From NCBI GenBank assembly GCA_002269645.1, contig NIVC01001078.1, positions 1 to 43,669 of the forward strand: DNA of 43,669 bases, read 5' to 3'. A program made the position numbers and the translations under genes. Positions 33,501 to 43,669 of the stretch are shown in pieces. The notes beneath the pieces are model-generated. The model did not search any database and had not been told where the DNA came from. It was given only the letters and a program-made list of their open reading frames with translations. Numbering within the stretch: the first letter of the stretch is position 1; the number at the start of each line of letters is the position of its first letter. Origin of the DNA: Macrostomum lignano (lineage: Eukaryota).

Positions 33501-36500
33501 CTTACCCCCTCCATCAGGCTAGCTCGTACAACCCCCTCCATCAGGTAACAACCCCACCATCAGGCTACTACCCCCTCCATCAGGCTAGCTCGTACAACTC
33601 CTTCATCAGGTTAAAACCCCCACCATCAGGCTACAACCCCCTCCACTAGGCTACAACCCCCACCATCAGGCTACAACCCCTTTCCACTAGGCTACAACCC
33701 CTCCACTAGGCAGTACCCAATATAAATTATCCTATCTTAAAATCTAATAAGTTTTAGCAGGCTTCATAATGTTTTACGTAATAGCGACTGCATGTGTGTG
33801 ACCTTGGACAGGCGTAATGGCGTGCGAGTAAGCAACTAATGACATAAATGCATAACATGTATGCAAGCAGGTAAATCAATTAGACCTTCAGGAAAAGTAT
33901 GCAATTAACCGCAATTTGGTGACTTTTTAATAAATTTTGTATCAAAATGCCTTCCAATTTCAAGTCTGAGCAAGATTAAGCTGAGCGAACCTGAGCTGGA
34001 ATGTTTGGAGTATAGCTATAGGCTTGGCAAATGACTGCACTGCAGGTGGCCAATAGCCAATCATGATTTATGCGGTCTCGCCAGCCTCAAATTTTTAACA
34101 AACAAGTTCCCGGATTCTACCGGGTATTGAGATGCTAACTCGAAGCGTCACTGAGCAGAGAGCCATGCACTTCAGGCCAGATCAAGGCTGTCCAGTCCGC
34201 GTTGGCGGCAGGTTTCGAATGCTGAAGCGTACTCAGACGTGCACCAGGCAGGTATTCGGTCAGGAATCCGCCCAGGTGAGGGGGACCAAATACGCCGATT
34301 CTCGATGTTCGACTCTGGGTTCGCGCACAAATATTTGTCAGCGTTTGATGTGTACGATTCACGTATGAGGAACAAGCCCCAAGGCACAGAGTCTACAGAC
34401 CTGACGACGAGAAAGTCAGGGCTGCTGTACAAGTGCAGCCTGCCTGCATACGTATCCATGAGCTGAAACTGACCTGACTAAGGGAAACATCCGGTAACAT
34501 TGTAACCTTGGGTGGCAGAGCAGCTCAGAGGTAAACGCGTCTGACTCTCGCGCCGCGACCCCTGGTTCGATTCCGTGCGCAAACGCATTCATTTGAGGCT
34601 TGTGTGCACAAAATTGGCCAGCGGTTGTCGTGCGATTCACAGCCATGAGGCCCATCCCTCAAGGCGCAGAGAATGTACATGCCTGACGATAAGAAGGTCA
34701 GGGTCGCTGTACACCCTGTGTGAGCGTGTGTATGAGTGCGCACCTGCGTATGTGCTCAGAAGTCAGAGGAATGAGCAGAACTGCCAGCTCAGCGCTGATT
34801 GTGGGACCGTGTTGCATAGAAGGCGTTTCGCGCTCACAATCCTGCAGAAATTACGATTTCATAATCAATATTGCTAATATTGTAACCTTATTACTAGAAT
34901 GCGGATGTCAAAGGTCTTTTTATATATTTCCAATCTTAATAACGTTGAAGCGTATCTTTTAGCTCTACAATTACTTTTAACAGGAAAAACTGTAAGTCAG
35001 AATAGAAATTTCACGCCCATTCGAGGGCATCAGCAATTACGAGCGTATAGGAACTTAATCAGAAAGTGGCAACATGCACCCGAGCCTGCAACTTGATGAC
35101 TTCCTGTTTCGCACTCTGCATTCCAATTGAATTATGAGGAGAAAAAGAGGAAAATTGATCAGGCTCAACTAGCCAGAAAGAGTAAGTGAGGCGAAATGCT
35201 TCGCTCAACTTAAATTGGGATGAAGATTAAGAGGTGATAATACTTTCAGATTCACCACTGGGGTCGTGCGTAATAGACCGCATAAATTAGCGGAACAGGA
35301 GTCAGTCATCAGCAACTGGAAATGTACTTTTCCTGAACTATTTTGCTGCAGAATTGTCAATAAGGGTAGTCAATGAATAGTGGGCAAATACTGGCCCGTG
35401 TAAAATGCAAAGCATTTAAGCATTTCGCGTCTGTAGAAGGAGCGAGCTTAAATATTATATTGCCAATCATGGCTCATTTGCGCTTAAAAAGGTCGGCATT
35501 GTGTTTTTTTATAATTTTTTATTGTGTATCATTTTATTCTGTCTTTCATGACGTTATAACAAAGTGAAGTCAATATTGAATGCCTGTTCGTTTTACTAAT
35601 TATGTGGAAAATATTAGGCCTTAAACCAGGGTTCCGCAAACTTTTTTACCTCAAGGGCCAAATAGAGAACCTAGAGAATGCGGGCCGGAGGAGGGGAGAG
35701 AGGAGAGGAGAGAGGAGATGATAGAGAAGAGAAGACAGAAGAGGAGAGAGGAGAGGAGTTTGCCGGGCCGGAGTTTGCCAACCCATGTCTTAAACTGAGT
35801 GCCTATTATATTATAAATCGCATTTCACAGTCAGCATTTTTATTGGCGAAATATCGAGAAACTCCATAGGCTTTGACCAACTTCCTGTTTGGGTTTCAAA
35901 CCAGAGGGGTACGTCTCAGAAAACAGAACAACATGGCAAAAATCTATATTATAATGCGTAGTACCTCTAGACCGGGCAGAGCGGCTCTCTCGCCAGTTAC
36001 CTGTAAGAAATATTGTACAAATCCGTACATTAATTTGGCCCGGAGGGGGGCTTGTTGTGCAGTTGTCGCCTATCAGGGCCAACCCCGAGGTGTACAGAGT
36101 GTGTAAATGCCTGACGATGGAGTAATTGAAGGTCACTACATATGTCTCAAGGGAATGTGCAGTCCTGCCTTCCACCTCCTTGATTTGGGGCAGTCATCAA
36201 AACACAGCTGAGAGTAAACTATACTGAAGTAATATAATAATGCTTTTTCCTTATTGGATACATCCCAGCCGATTTAGAGCATTTTCATGCGTATTGTGAA
36301 ATTCTAGCTCTTGGATCCAGCCAAGCTCAAAGTTAATTCTATTATTATTTGATTTCGTCATCATTGTATTTGTTATAACGCTTCGCGCAATACCTCGTGC
36401 CGCACGCGCGCGCAGATCAAGCGACGCGGCAGCGCCAACAGCCTCACCAGCGACAACGAAGACGAGGCGGAGTCCAGCGGCCCCGGTGAGGAGAATCTGA

Positions 36501-39500
36501 AGCGGCGGGGCCGACGGGCTGCGATCTACAACTCTAAGGTGAGATTTCGCAAAGACATGGTTTACTACGAAATCATGGCTTCAAAATCATGGCTTCACAA
36601 TCCAAATTCTCAATGGAGACTGACAATTTCCTAGATTGTTTTCCTAGATTTAACAGTTAAAATCGCAAAAAATCTCGGTTGACTCTTTGCATTTACATTT
36701 CGAAAGTCAAGGCATCCAGTGAGATATCGTCAATTTTTTGCTAAAAAGTTTAGGGCGAATTCCTGCCTCTCTATAGTGCCTGTGGTGAAACAAGGACAGC
36801 TACCGCAGTGTAATTGTTCTGATCATTTAAAGTTTAGCTGCAGTGCAAACAAGCGGACCTTCAAATAATTTTGCAGTATCTAAGCGTGCTGCGTCCGGAT
36901 ATAACGGTAACTTCTAGTGGTCCTTGCAGTGAAATCTAAACGATTTTTTCGAGTTGTAGCATCCGTTTATTCTAGTTGTCCATGCATTACAAGATTCGGG
37001 GATAAAAACATGACAATGATATGGTTAACTCAGAGATTTACCTCTATGATATGGTGCATTATTATCCCAGTCAAAGGTATTATGTAGGGTCTGAAGTTAG
37101 TTTACACTAGCTAGATATACATCGGGAAAGTCGAATTCGATCTGTTGCTCAGAGTCCAATAGGAATCAATGGCATTTCAGGTGAGATGAATGCTGGAGTT
37201 TCAGCATAGAACTCAGACCCAGAAATCACTGAACCACTTCAGCTCTAAGTTTCACATCGTCAAAATCGTGAATTGAGTAGACAAAACTGACTGCCTAGAC
37301 TAAACACACTTTTGATCGGCCATAATTTCACACTTGTAAATTTGATTTGATTGGACGAGAGATTAGATTAGGGTGGGTGAACTGATTGGCCACGGTGGGT
37401 GAACTGTGGCGATGGACAGTTAAATTGACAATCAGATAAGATAATACGTTATAAATTTTAATTAGTGTAATAAAATCCTAGTATGCCTGCTCTTATCAAT
37501 TGGAAAAATCTGCCTCTGGAGTCGCTGAATGGTGTAATAATGGCCGTTTTGACTTGTCATTTTGTCTGGATAAAAGTTCTTTACAATGGTGTTGTGTGTT
37601 AGGCCTCTTGTCTCCTTCTTTCCTCTCTTCTTTTTAACTTTCCCTTCTCTCGATCCACTATCCACTCTCCTCTAAAAGTTTCTTCTAAGATCACTCAGCC
37701 ATTTAATCGAACTATGCCATGTGTCCTTTTCGACTTTCGTTCATTTTTAATGCAATAGAGAATGCGAGTTAAAAGTTTGTCACTCTGTCTGCCTCTGAAT
37801 TTAAATTTCGTTGAGTGCCCACAATTTTCAATTTCAGGCTGTGCGAAGCATTGTCGCTCTTATCTATTTCAATCCTTATAATTTTACATGAATTTTAAAT
37901 GAATGCAATTTAGAACCTACGTAGGGACACCGTGCGCGCTTCAATTAAATTGGCTTGCACTTGTCGATCGCACTGGTGCTAAAAGGTTTCCCAGTATATG
38001 AGTACCAGCATATTGAATTACCACCATAGCATATTAAACAACTGCAGAATTTCATTGGCGAGGCCAAGACTCCAGATCGAAGCCCGTGCGAATCGGGAAA
38101 CGAAGATAATTGGTGAGTAATTGGTACAGCGTACAGAGTGCGTTGTCTAATGAATGTTGTTCCTGGAAGTTGTTGACCGCCTTCTCTTCCGTTTTCAGCA
38201 GCGAGGACGCTAAGCGAAGACGCAGCTCCCTTGAGCTGAAGGTGGAGGTCCTGCCTCGCGTTGACATACTGAAAGAGACTAGTAAACGGATGCTCAAGAA
38301 ACAGAATACAATTGGCGATCTGACACAGAAGACGCTGCAGACTATGCTAGTTGGAGAAGGTTGGCCAACGCTGACTCTCATGAACTTACAAATGACTTTA
38401 TTTTCAAAATAACCCTTTTGACGCTCTCAAAATTTCAGAGGCTAAAAAGAGAGGTGGAATGTCATTTTTTAAGATGGTCAGTTGTTTTGCACCATTTGTT
38501 GCTGATTGTACACCTGCTCTCATTAAAATACAAAAGCAAATATACTTCACCTTATGCATCTAGATTGACAAGCGGTTGAACAAAGGCAAAGACGGCGGTA
38601 CGGACCTCCAAGAGGCGCTGGCGGCTCTACCAAAGTCTGAGTTTCGCGACACCTATCTAATGTCATTCAAGGTCATTATCTTTATCTTTGCCGGTATTTT
38701 CTACACAGTAACGATTTTTAAGTAGCGTAAGATTAATTATTGATCACGAAGTTTACTTGGGGGTTTCATTGAATTGCCTCGCTTGAGTTACTCGTCCAGG
38801 TGATTTGTCTGGGTCACTCGTCCAGGTGGCTTGTCTAGGTCACTCGTCCAGGTGACTTGTCTGGGACACACGCCCAGGTGACTTGTCTGGGTCACTCGCC
38901 CAGGTGACTTGTCTGGGTCACTCGTCCAGGTGACTTGTCTGGATCACTCGTCCAGGGGACTTGTCTGGGTCACTCGTCCAGGTGACTCGTCCGGGTAACT
39001 CGTCCAGGTGACTTGTCCAGGTCACTCATCCAGGTGACTTGTCCTGGACACTCGTCCAGGTGACTCATGCGGGTAACTCGTCCAGGTGACTTCTCTGGAT
39101 CACTCGTCCAGGTGACTCATCCGGGTAACTCGTCCAGGTGACTTCTCTGGATCACTCGTTCAGGGGACTTGTCTGGGTCACTTGTCCAGGTGACTCGTTC
39201 GGATCACTCGTCCAGGTGACTTGTCTGGGTCGCTCGTCCAGGTGACTTGTCTGGGTCACAATTATCCTGGTGACTTGTCCAGGTCACTAATTCAGCTATC
39301 TTGTTTAGGTGCCCCGTTTAGGCATCTGCAAAGAACATTGTCTGCAGGTTCCTAGCCTGCATGAAAGCTCTACTCCTAACTTCTGAGACTGACTCCTGTC
39401 TGGCTTCGCTACGAAAAATTTACAAATTTAAAAGCAAAGTGTAAAAAGCAGCAACGAATCCTTGCAGAACAAGCACTGGACGGACCTTTTCACTGGCCAG

Positions 39501-42500
39501 ACCACTCCAGCTCCCGGCCCGTCTAAGAAGTCGCCCAGCGTCAGCATCAGCAGCGGCAGCGAGGCCTGGGAGGATCTGCCAGACAGCGAGCGGCTCAGAC
39601 GAGAGGCCGTCTGGGAGCTGTTCAAGTCGGAGCTGGTGTACCTCATTGACTACCTTATGGTGCTGAAGCACGTAAGTTACCAATCTAACCTTCACTTTTT
39701 TTCTTAGATTTAGAAACCACTGTACGAGTGCAGTCGCAACCATTATAAAATCTTATTCCAAATCACATCTAGTGCTTTCTGGAGCCGCTTAAAAAGCTTC
39801 AAGTCGACGGCCATCTAATGTTTGTCGAGCCGGAAGATCTGTTCGGAAATTTGGACGAGCTCTGCTATGTAAGAAAATGGCTTGGTTGACCCTTTCTATT
39901 GTGTGGTTGACTTACTAAAATGTCTTGTGTGTCCAAATAAAGTCATGGCTGTAAGTATTGCATTTGTAGGTTTCTTTAGGGTTTAAGCCCATGGCACAGA
40001 CATTGCTTCATAAGTTCGACTGTTCGCAATGCAACTGTATATAGCTCGTATCAACAGGTTCATCTCGAGATAGCATTGCCGCAGTACCTGGAATAGGGAG
40101 TTCAGCCCTGAGTTTGGCCGGAAAATATAGCTTTTGCATGAAATCAGCTAGTGATTAAGGGTTATTTTATGAGGCATCTGTCCCCTGGGCAGCTGTTAGT
40201 CGTCGTAAATCGTAAAATCTAGAGAGGCACAGGTCAATATTCAGCTGTTTCTTTAACGCAGTATTGATATATTGAAGTATTGGTATATTGAAGTATTGAT
40301 ATATTGAAGTATTGATATCAAATAAGAATATCCCTCTGTTAGGTCTCTGAATATAAATAGCAAACTGTGTGCTCTACGCTCGTATATTACTGACAATTAT
40401 TATTATTGTATGCAATTCACCATGAAAATGCTCAAGGACCAATAACACCAATGGTGCCCCATGGCTCAAAAGACGTAAAGGAGAAAGGTTGTGAAAGAAG
40501 ACAAAGGGAGAAGTGGAAGGAGAACAAGACAAGGAAAAGAGAAGTCTAAAAACTGATCCAGGTGGTCGTTGAGACACCTGACTCTTAAAAATATATGGTT
40601 TGATGATGCCAGGATTAGCTAACGCTGCAGGCATTCCATAATTTACAGCTCTGTTTAGATTTACAGTAATTTACCTTACCTCAGGTGAGCTACACATTCT
40701 CTCGGGACATCATCTCGATCCTGTCCAAGGAGGTCACCAAGCTGCAGTTTGGCACCACCGGTGGCCTTCTAAAAGTTTTCAAGCGGGTAAGCGAAAAACT
40801 TTTAGGTATAATTTTTTAAAGTTGATGTAAGAGACTTAGTATTGAAATTTCACGCTAATTCATATCGTTCGATTTGCAGTGGAGCAGCTCGTCAAAAGAT
40901 GGCGAAGTATATCACACCTACTGCCTCAACTATCATTGCGCTGTAACCTATCTGGAGATTCTAAGAAAAAATGACCAATTTACCGAGTTTGAACGGGTAA
41001 GATTACTTGTAGATTTCAGGGTAATCTCTAATCAAAATAGATAATAAAGAGGATCATTTTTAAGGTCTCATAGGTTCAAAGGTTTCAGAATCGGGCAGTC
41101 TCTTAAGTTTCATAGCATTTTCACAAGGCAGTCTTTGAGATGAAGATTTTCTGTGCCGAATAAGCTATCACTCCCGCTCGTCCGAATTCTGTAGCGCTGC
41201 GAGCAGGACCCGCGCTGCCGGCGCCTGCAGATCACCGACCTGCTCGTGGCACCGATGCAGCACTGCACCAAGACTCCGCTGCTGCTGGCCGGGATCAGGA
41301 AGTACACAACGGACAATGTCAGCCGGCGCTTGCTCACCGAGAACCTGAAGCAGGTTGAGAGCTCGCTGAGTGAGTGTTTATTGAGCCGTTTTAGTGAGTC
41401 ACCGAGCCTAAATCAATCAACGCTTTAGTCTAATTTATTCAATCAAAACACAGAAAGCCTGGAGGACAAGCTGAAGTGGCTGAGAAACTTTGAACGCTTG
41501 CAAAACATTCAGCAACAGCTGGTGTGGCCGCCCATCATGGAAATGGAGAACCGCGTCTTTATACCAGATTTCCTTAAGAGCAGTCTGTCTACTCAGCCAT
41601 GCGAGAAGCTCATCGCCAACCCGAAGCGGCAGCTGGTACACGAGGGCTACCTCAACTTGGTTGGTGAGTGACAAGTTCGAGCGAGTATCCATGAGCCTTT
41701 AAATGCTCTAAAACGATTTTGCTATGGTCGTAGCATCGTTTAGCTGCCATCGTTCTCGGGCTCATCCACAGAATACGAAATAGTACGAAATATTTTCAAT
41801 TCTATTCTATATTAGATGGACAGTCTGTCTCGACAATTAATGAAAAAATGGCTAAAACATTTTATGGAGCTCCTGTAGTCAATGTAGCGGAAAGAGAGCA
41901 GGAGTGATGTGCTCTGCTAAAATGTCAATGGTACGAGAGTCGTAAGCACCACTGGAACGGACAAACCATGCATAAATAAATGGCTGAGAATATGCAAAGT
42001 GCCATTCAACCTACTCAAATTCTCTTCACTAGTTAAGGTGAAATGTATTTCTTATGCAAGAAATTTTCTCAAAATTTGTGATTGATTGATTGAATCAGTG
42101 TATATTCCGTGCAAATATCTGGCAAGTCTAAAAATGAAACCTTGCAAACTTCAGAAGCCAACAAGAATCTGGAGATGTACTGCTTCCTCTTCGACGATAT
42201 ACTTCTGCTTACGAAGGTCAAGAAGCCACCTAAAAAGGTTGGTCGGCAAGCACTCTAAAGTACACTACAAAGACTACTCAAGTAGGACGAGAAACAACAA
42301 AGAATGATAAAATTTATTCATAAAACCAATGAGTCGAGCTGAGCCATTTTTATGATCTTTAGACACAAGAAGACATAAACGTAGATATCAAAAGACGAAC
42401 ATTCGGTCTGCCTCCTAGCAAAAGCAATAACAATTTTTGCTGAAAAAATGAAAACCTCCATTCTCCATAATGTATTTTTTCTACCAAGTAGTTCCCGTCC

Positions 42501-42712
42501 ATCCTACTTGAGGTAGTCCTTGTACACTATTAGCTGTTAAAACTTCCAACCGTCAAAACTATCTCTTGTTCTGCCATTTGCTCAGAGGTCAGTGTCGGAT
42601 TCCTCCGTGTACTCCATGTCGCCGACTGAGGGCGCGGTATTCGTGGTCTACAGGCAGCCGATTGCCCTGGATCGGTTCAGCATTCACGACATCGGATTTG
42701 TTGAAGCTAGCG
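30566..42712 (+). CDS. PLEKHG7: PLEKHG7-like (PLEKHG5/6/7 family) DH-PH Rho guanine nucleotide exchange factor, 3'-incomplete in this window
   Basis: Exons 30566-30609, 30698-30999, 31570-31658, 36416-36538, [unresolved phase gap], 38199-38359, 38439-38476, 38564-38671, 39468-39671, 39773-39868, 40685-40786, 40880-40996, 41195-41369, 41454-41663, 42155-42237, 42586-42712. Motifs: REAVWELFKSELVYL, LFGNLDEL, YHTYCLNY, CRRLQITDLLVAPMQ, KLKWLRNF…LVWPP…FIP, MYCFLFDDILLLTK. DH-PH exons are high confidence; the N-terminal exon chain is inferred from phase matching. Confidence 0.85.
31935..32225 (-). mobile_element. tRNA-derived CORE-like SINE, copy 2
   Basis: Minus-strand head GGGGTTGTAGTCTAGTGGTTAG…GGTTCGATTCCC; central ACTTAACTCTGCGTTGCCTCAGTTCACCCAGCTGTAAAATGGG (32091-32136); (TAA)-like tail near 31935; homologous to 27362-27655. 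Confidence 0.87.
32222..33712. repeat. ~20-bp minisatellite CCACTAGGCTACAACCCCCT and variants (CCATCAGG…, +AGCTCGT), ~70 units
   Basis: Visible tandem units beginning exactly at the 5' end of SINE copy 2. Confidence 0.97.
34280..34760 (+). mobile_element. tRNA-Glu(CTC)-like SINE (34511-34760) preceded by a more degenerate partial copy (34280-34440)
   Basis: GACTCTCGCGCCGCGACCCCTGGTTCGATTCC resembles the tRNA-Glu anticodon-to-T-arm segment, but there is no paired acceptor stem. The downstream body (GCGATTCAC…ATGAGG…CAAGGC(A/G)CAGAG…CCTGACGA…GTCAGGG…GCTGTACA) is present twice and ends in a GT-rich tail. Confidence 0.6.
35627..35787. mobile_element. hAT (Charlie-like) MITE, short 161-bp copy of the 4229-4825 family
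   Basis: TIRs CAGGGTTCCGCAAAC / GTTTGCCAACCCATG; TSD CCTTAAAC / TCTTAAAC (7/8); shares CCTCAAGGGCCAAATAGAGAACCTAGAGAATG exactly with copy 1. Confidence 0.9.
38790..39290. repeat. 26-bp minisatellite CTCGTCCAGGTGACTTGTCTGGGTCA, ~19 diverged copies, intronic
   Basis: Visible tandem units between RhoGEF exons 38564-38671 and 39468-39671. Confidence 0.95.
40261..40320. repeat. 16-bp repeat GTATTGATATATTGAA, ~4 copies
   Basis: Visible tandem units. Confidence 0.85.
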
Positions 42713-43669
42713 GTGAGCCTGCGCTTAGGGCTCTAAGGAAAAGATAGGGTTTAGAGAGTTCGATTCTAGCTGAGATCAATAAAAACTATCCCTTGAATGT
42801 ATGTGGCTTGCTATTTAAACAGCATGATTGCACGGTATACTGATTAGCAACTCCTGTACTGCTTAAATATCAACTATTCATTCAAGTATGAGGCCACAGA
42901 CATTCTTAACCAGAAAGCATTGGTGCCGTTTGACTCGTTCCCTTCAGCGAGGTGGCTCTGCACGAGTCCTCGTTCATAACCGACTGCGTTATGGAGTGCA
43001 CAGCGTTCAAGCCGATCCAAGGCTCAGTCTGTCACTTCGAAACTGTCGGACGGCTCTAAATGATGTGCAGCTTTTTTAGCACTTCGCCTAATTAGAACGC
43101 TACGTGTGCAGACTTTGTGTAGTCCGCTGTTGCAGATGATAAAATGACGCCATCGGAAAACTTCGCTTTTATTGTTTCTGTGTCCAGTGCCGGTCAGTGT
43201 CACACGAAACTTCCAATTCTGTAATAGCGAAAAACATTTGAAGGGCTAGGAAAATCAGACCTAGGACGTCAACATTGAATCCACAATAAAACATACGAGC
43301 ACTCACTGCTTCTTAGCACACTAAATGTGAATTGACCTGTTCTTTAGGTGTCAGGTACTCGTATTTACATGTAAGTCTCTTCAGATGCGTTCACTTTGCC
43401 AGCAAGCAAATTTGAATTTACCTTTAATTCTTTCATTTGTTGATCAAATGCCAACCTTTTGATGGGAAAGCGACCGCAAAATTTTGCGATTCGATGGCGT
43501 ATTAAGACGCTTAGAAATAAACTTTAATATCATTCGCGAGTTTAAGTCCGTTCGTTGTCCATTGCTTGCAGTGATTGCAGTGACGCTTGGCCCAAAGCTG
43601 TCACGTACACTTAGCGGCCCAGCAGGAGTCCGTGGCCTGAAGGTACCGACATTAGCAACCCCCGCTTCA

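Noticed and set aside
27590-34570. tRNA-like sequences at 27590-27655, 32155-32225 and 34511-34570 as genuine tRNA genes
   Set aside because: Acceptor and anticodon stems do not pair properly, and each continues into a repeated body; they are better explained as SINE heads.
42948-43079. Possible next RhoGEF exon after the acceptor TTCCCTTCAG
   Set aside because: The required phase-1 frame hits a stop within ~11 codons and does not resemble the remaining PH strands; the true next exon is unresolved or outside the window.

Overview
This is eukaryotic (metazoan) genomic DNA. The gene style, intronic minisatellites and codon usage suggest a free-living flatworm such as Macrostomum; that is an inference, not verified. 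Four protein-coding genes can be reconstructed by hand from splice signals and reading phase. (1) A 5-exon prohormone-4-like secreted protein (signal peptide + LDLa + helical C-terminal domain) on the minus strand, 1846-11974. (2) A 4-coding-exon Rab1 on the minus strand, 15733-21456, ending in an atypical CXC. (3) A single-coding-exon, strongly diverged eIF2B-delta on the plus strand, 24331-25740, head-to-head with Rab1 and preceded by two candidate uORFs. (4) A PLEKHG7-like DH-PH RhoGEF on the plus strand, from 30566 and running off the window. Roughly a fifth of the window is about a dozen unrelated tandem arrays, mostly intronic; these explain nearly all long ORFs in the six-frame track. 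Mobile DNA includes a decayed Chapaev/Transib/RAG1-core-like transposase in Rab1 intron 1, four hAT-type MITEs (three with recognisable 8-bp TSDs), two copies of a tRNA-Ala-like CORE-type SINE, a tRNA-Glu-like SINE and a foldback element. The most notable observations are: a ~6.7 kb CpG-depleted domain with a small CpG-retaining island between Rab1 and eIF2B-delta; a 1.5 kb satellite made from the first ~20 nt of the SINE tRNA head; and uORFs in front of an integrated-stress-response GEF subunit. All coordinates and counts were done by eye.
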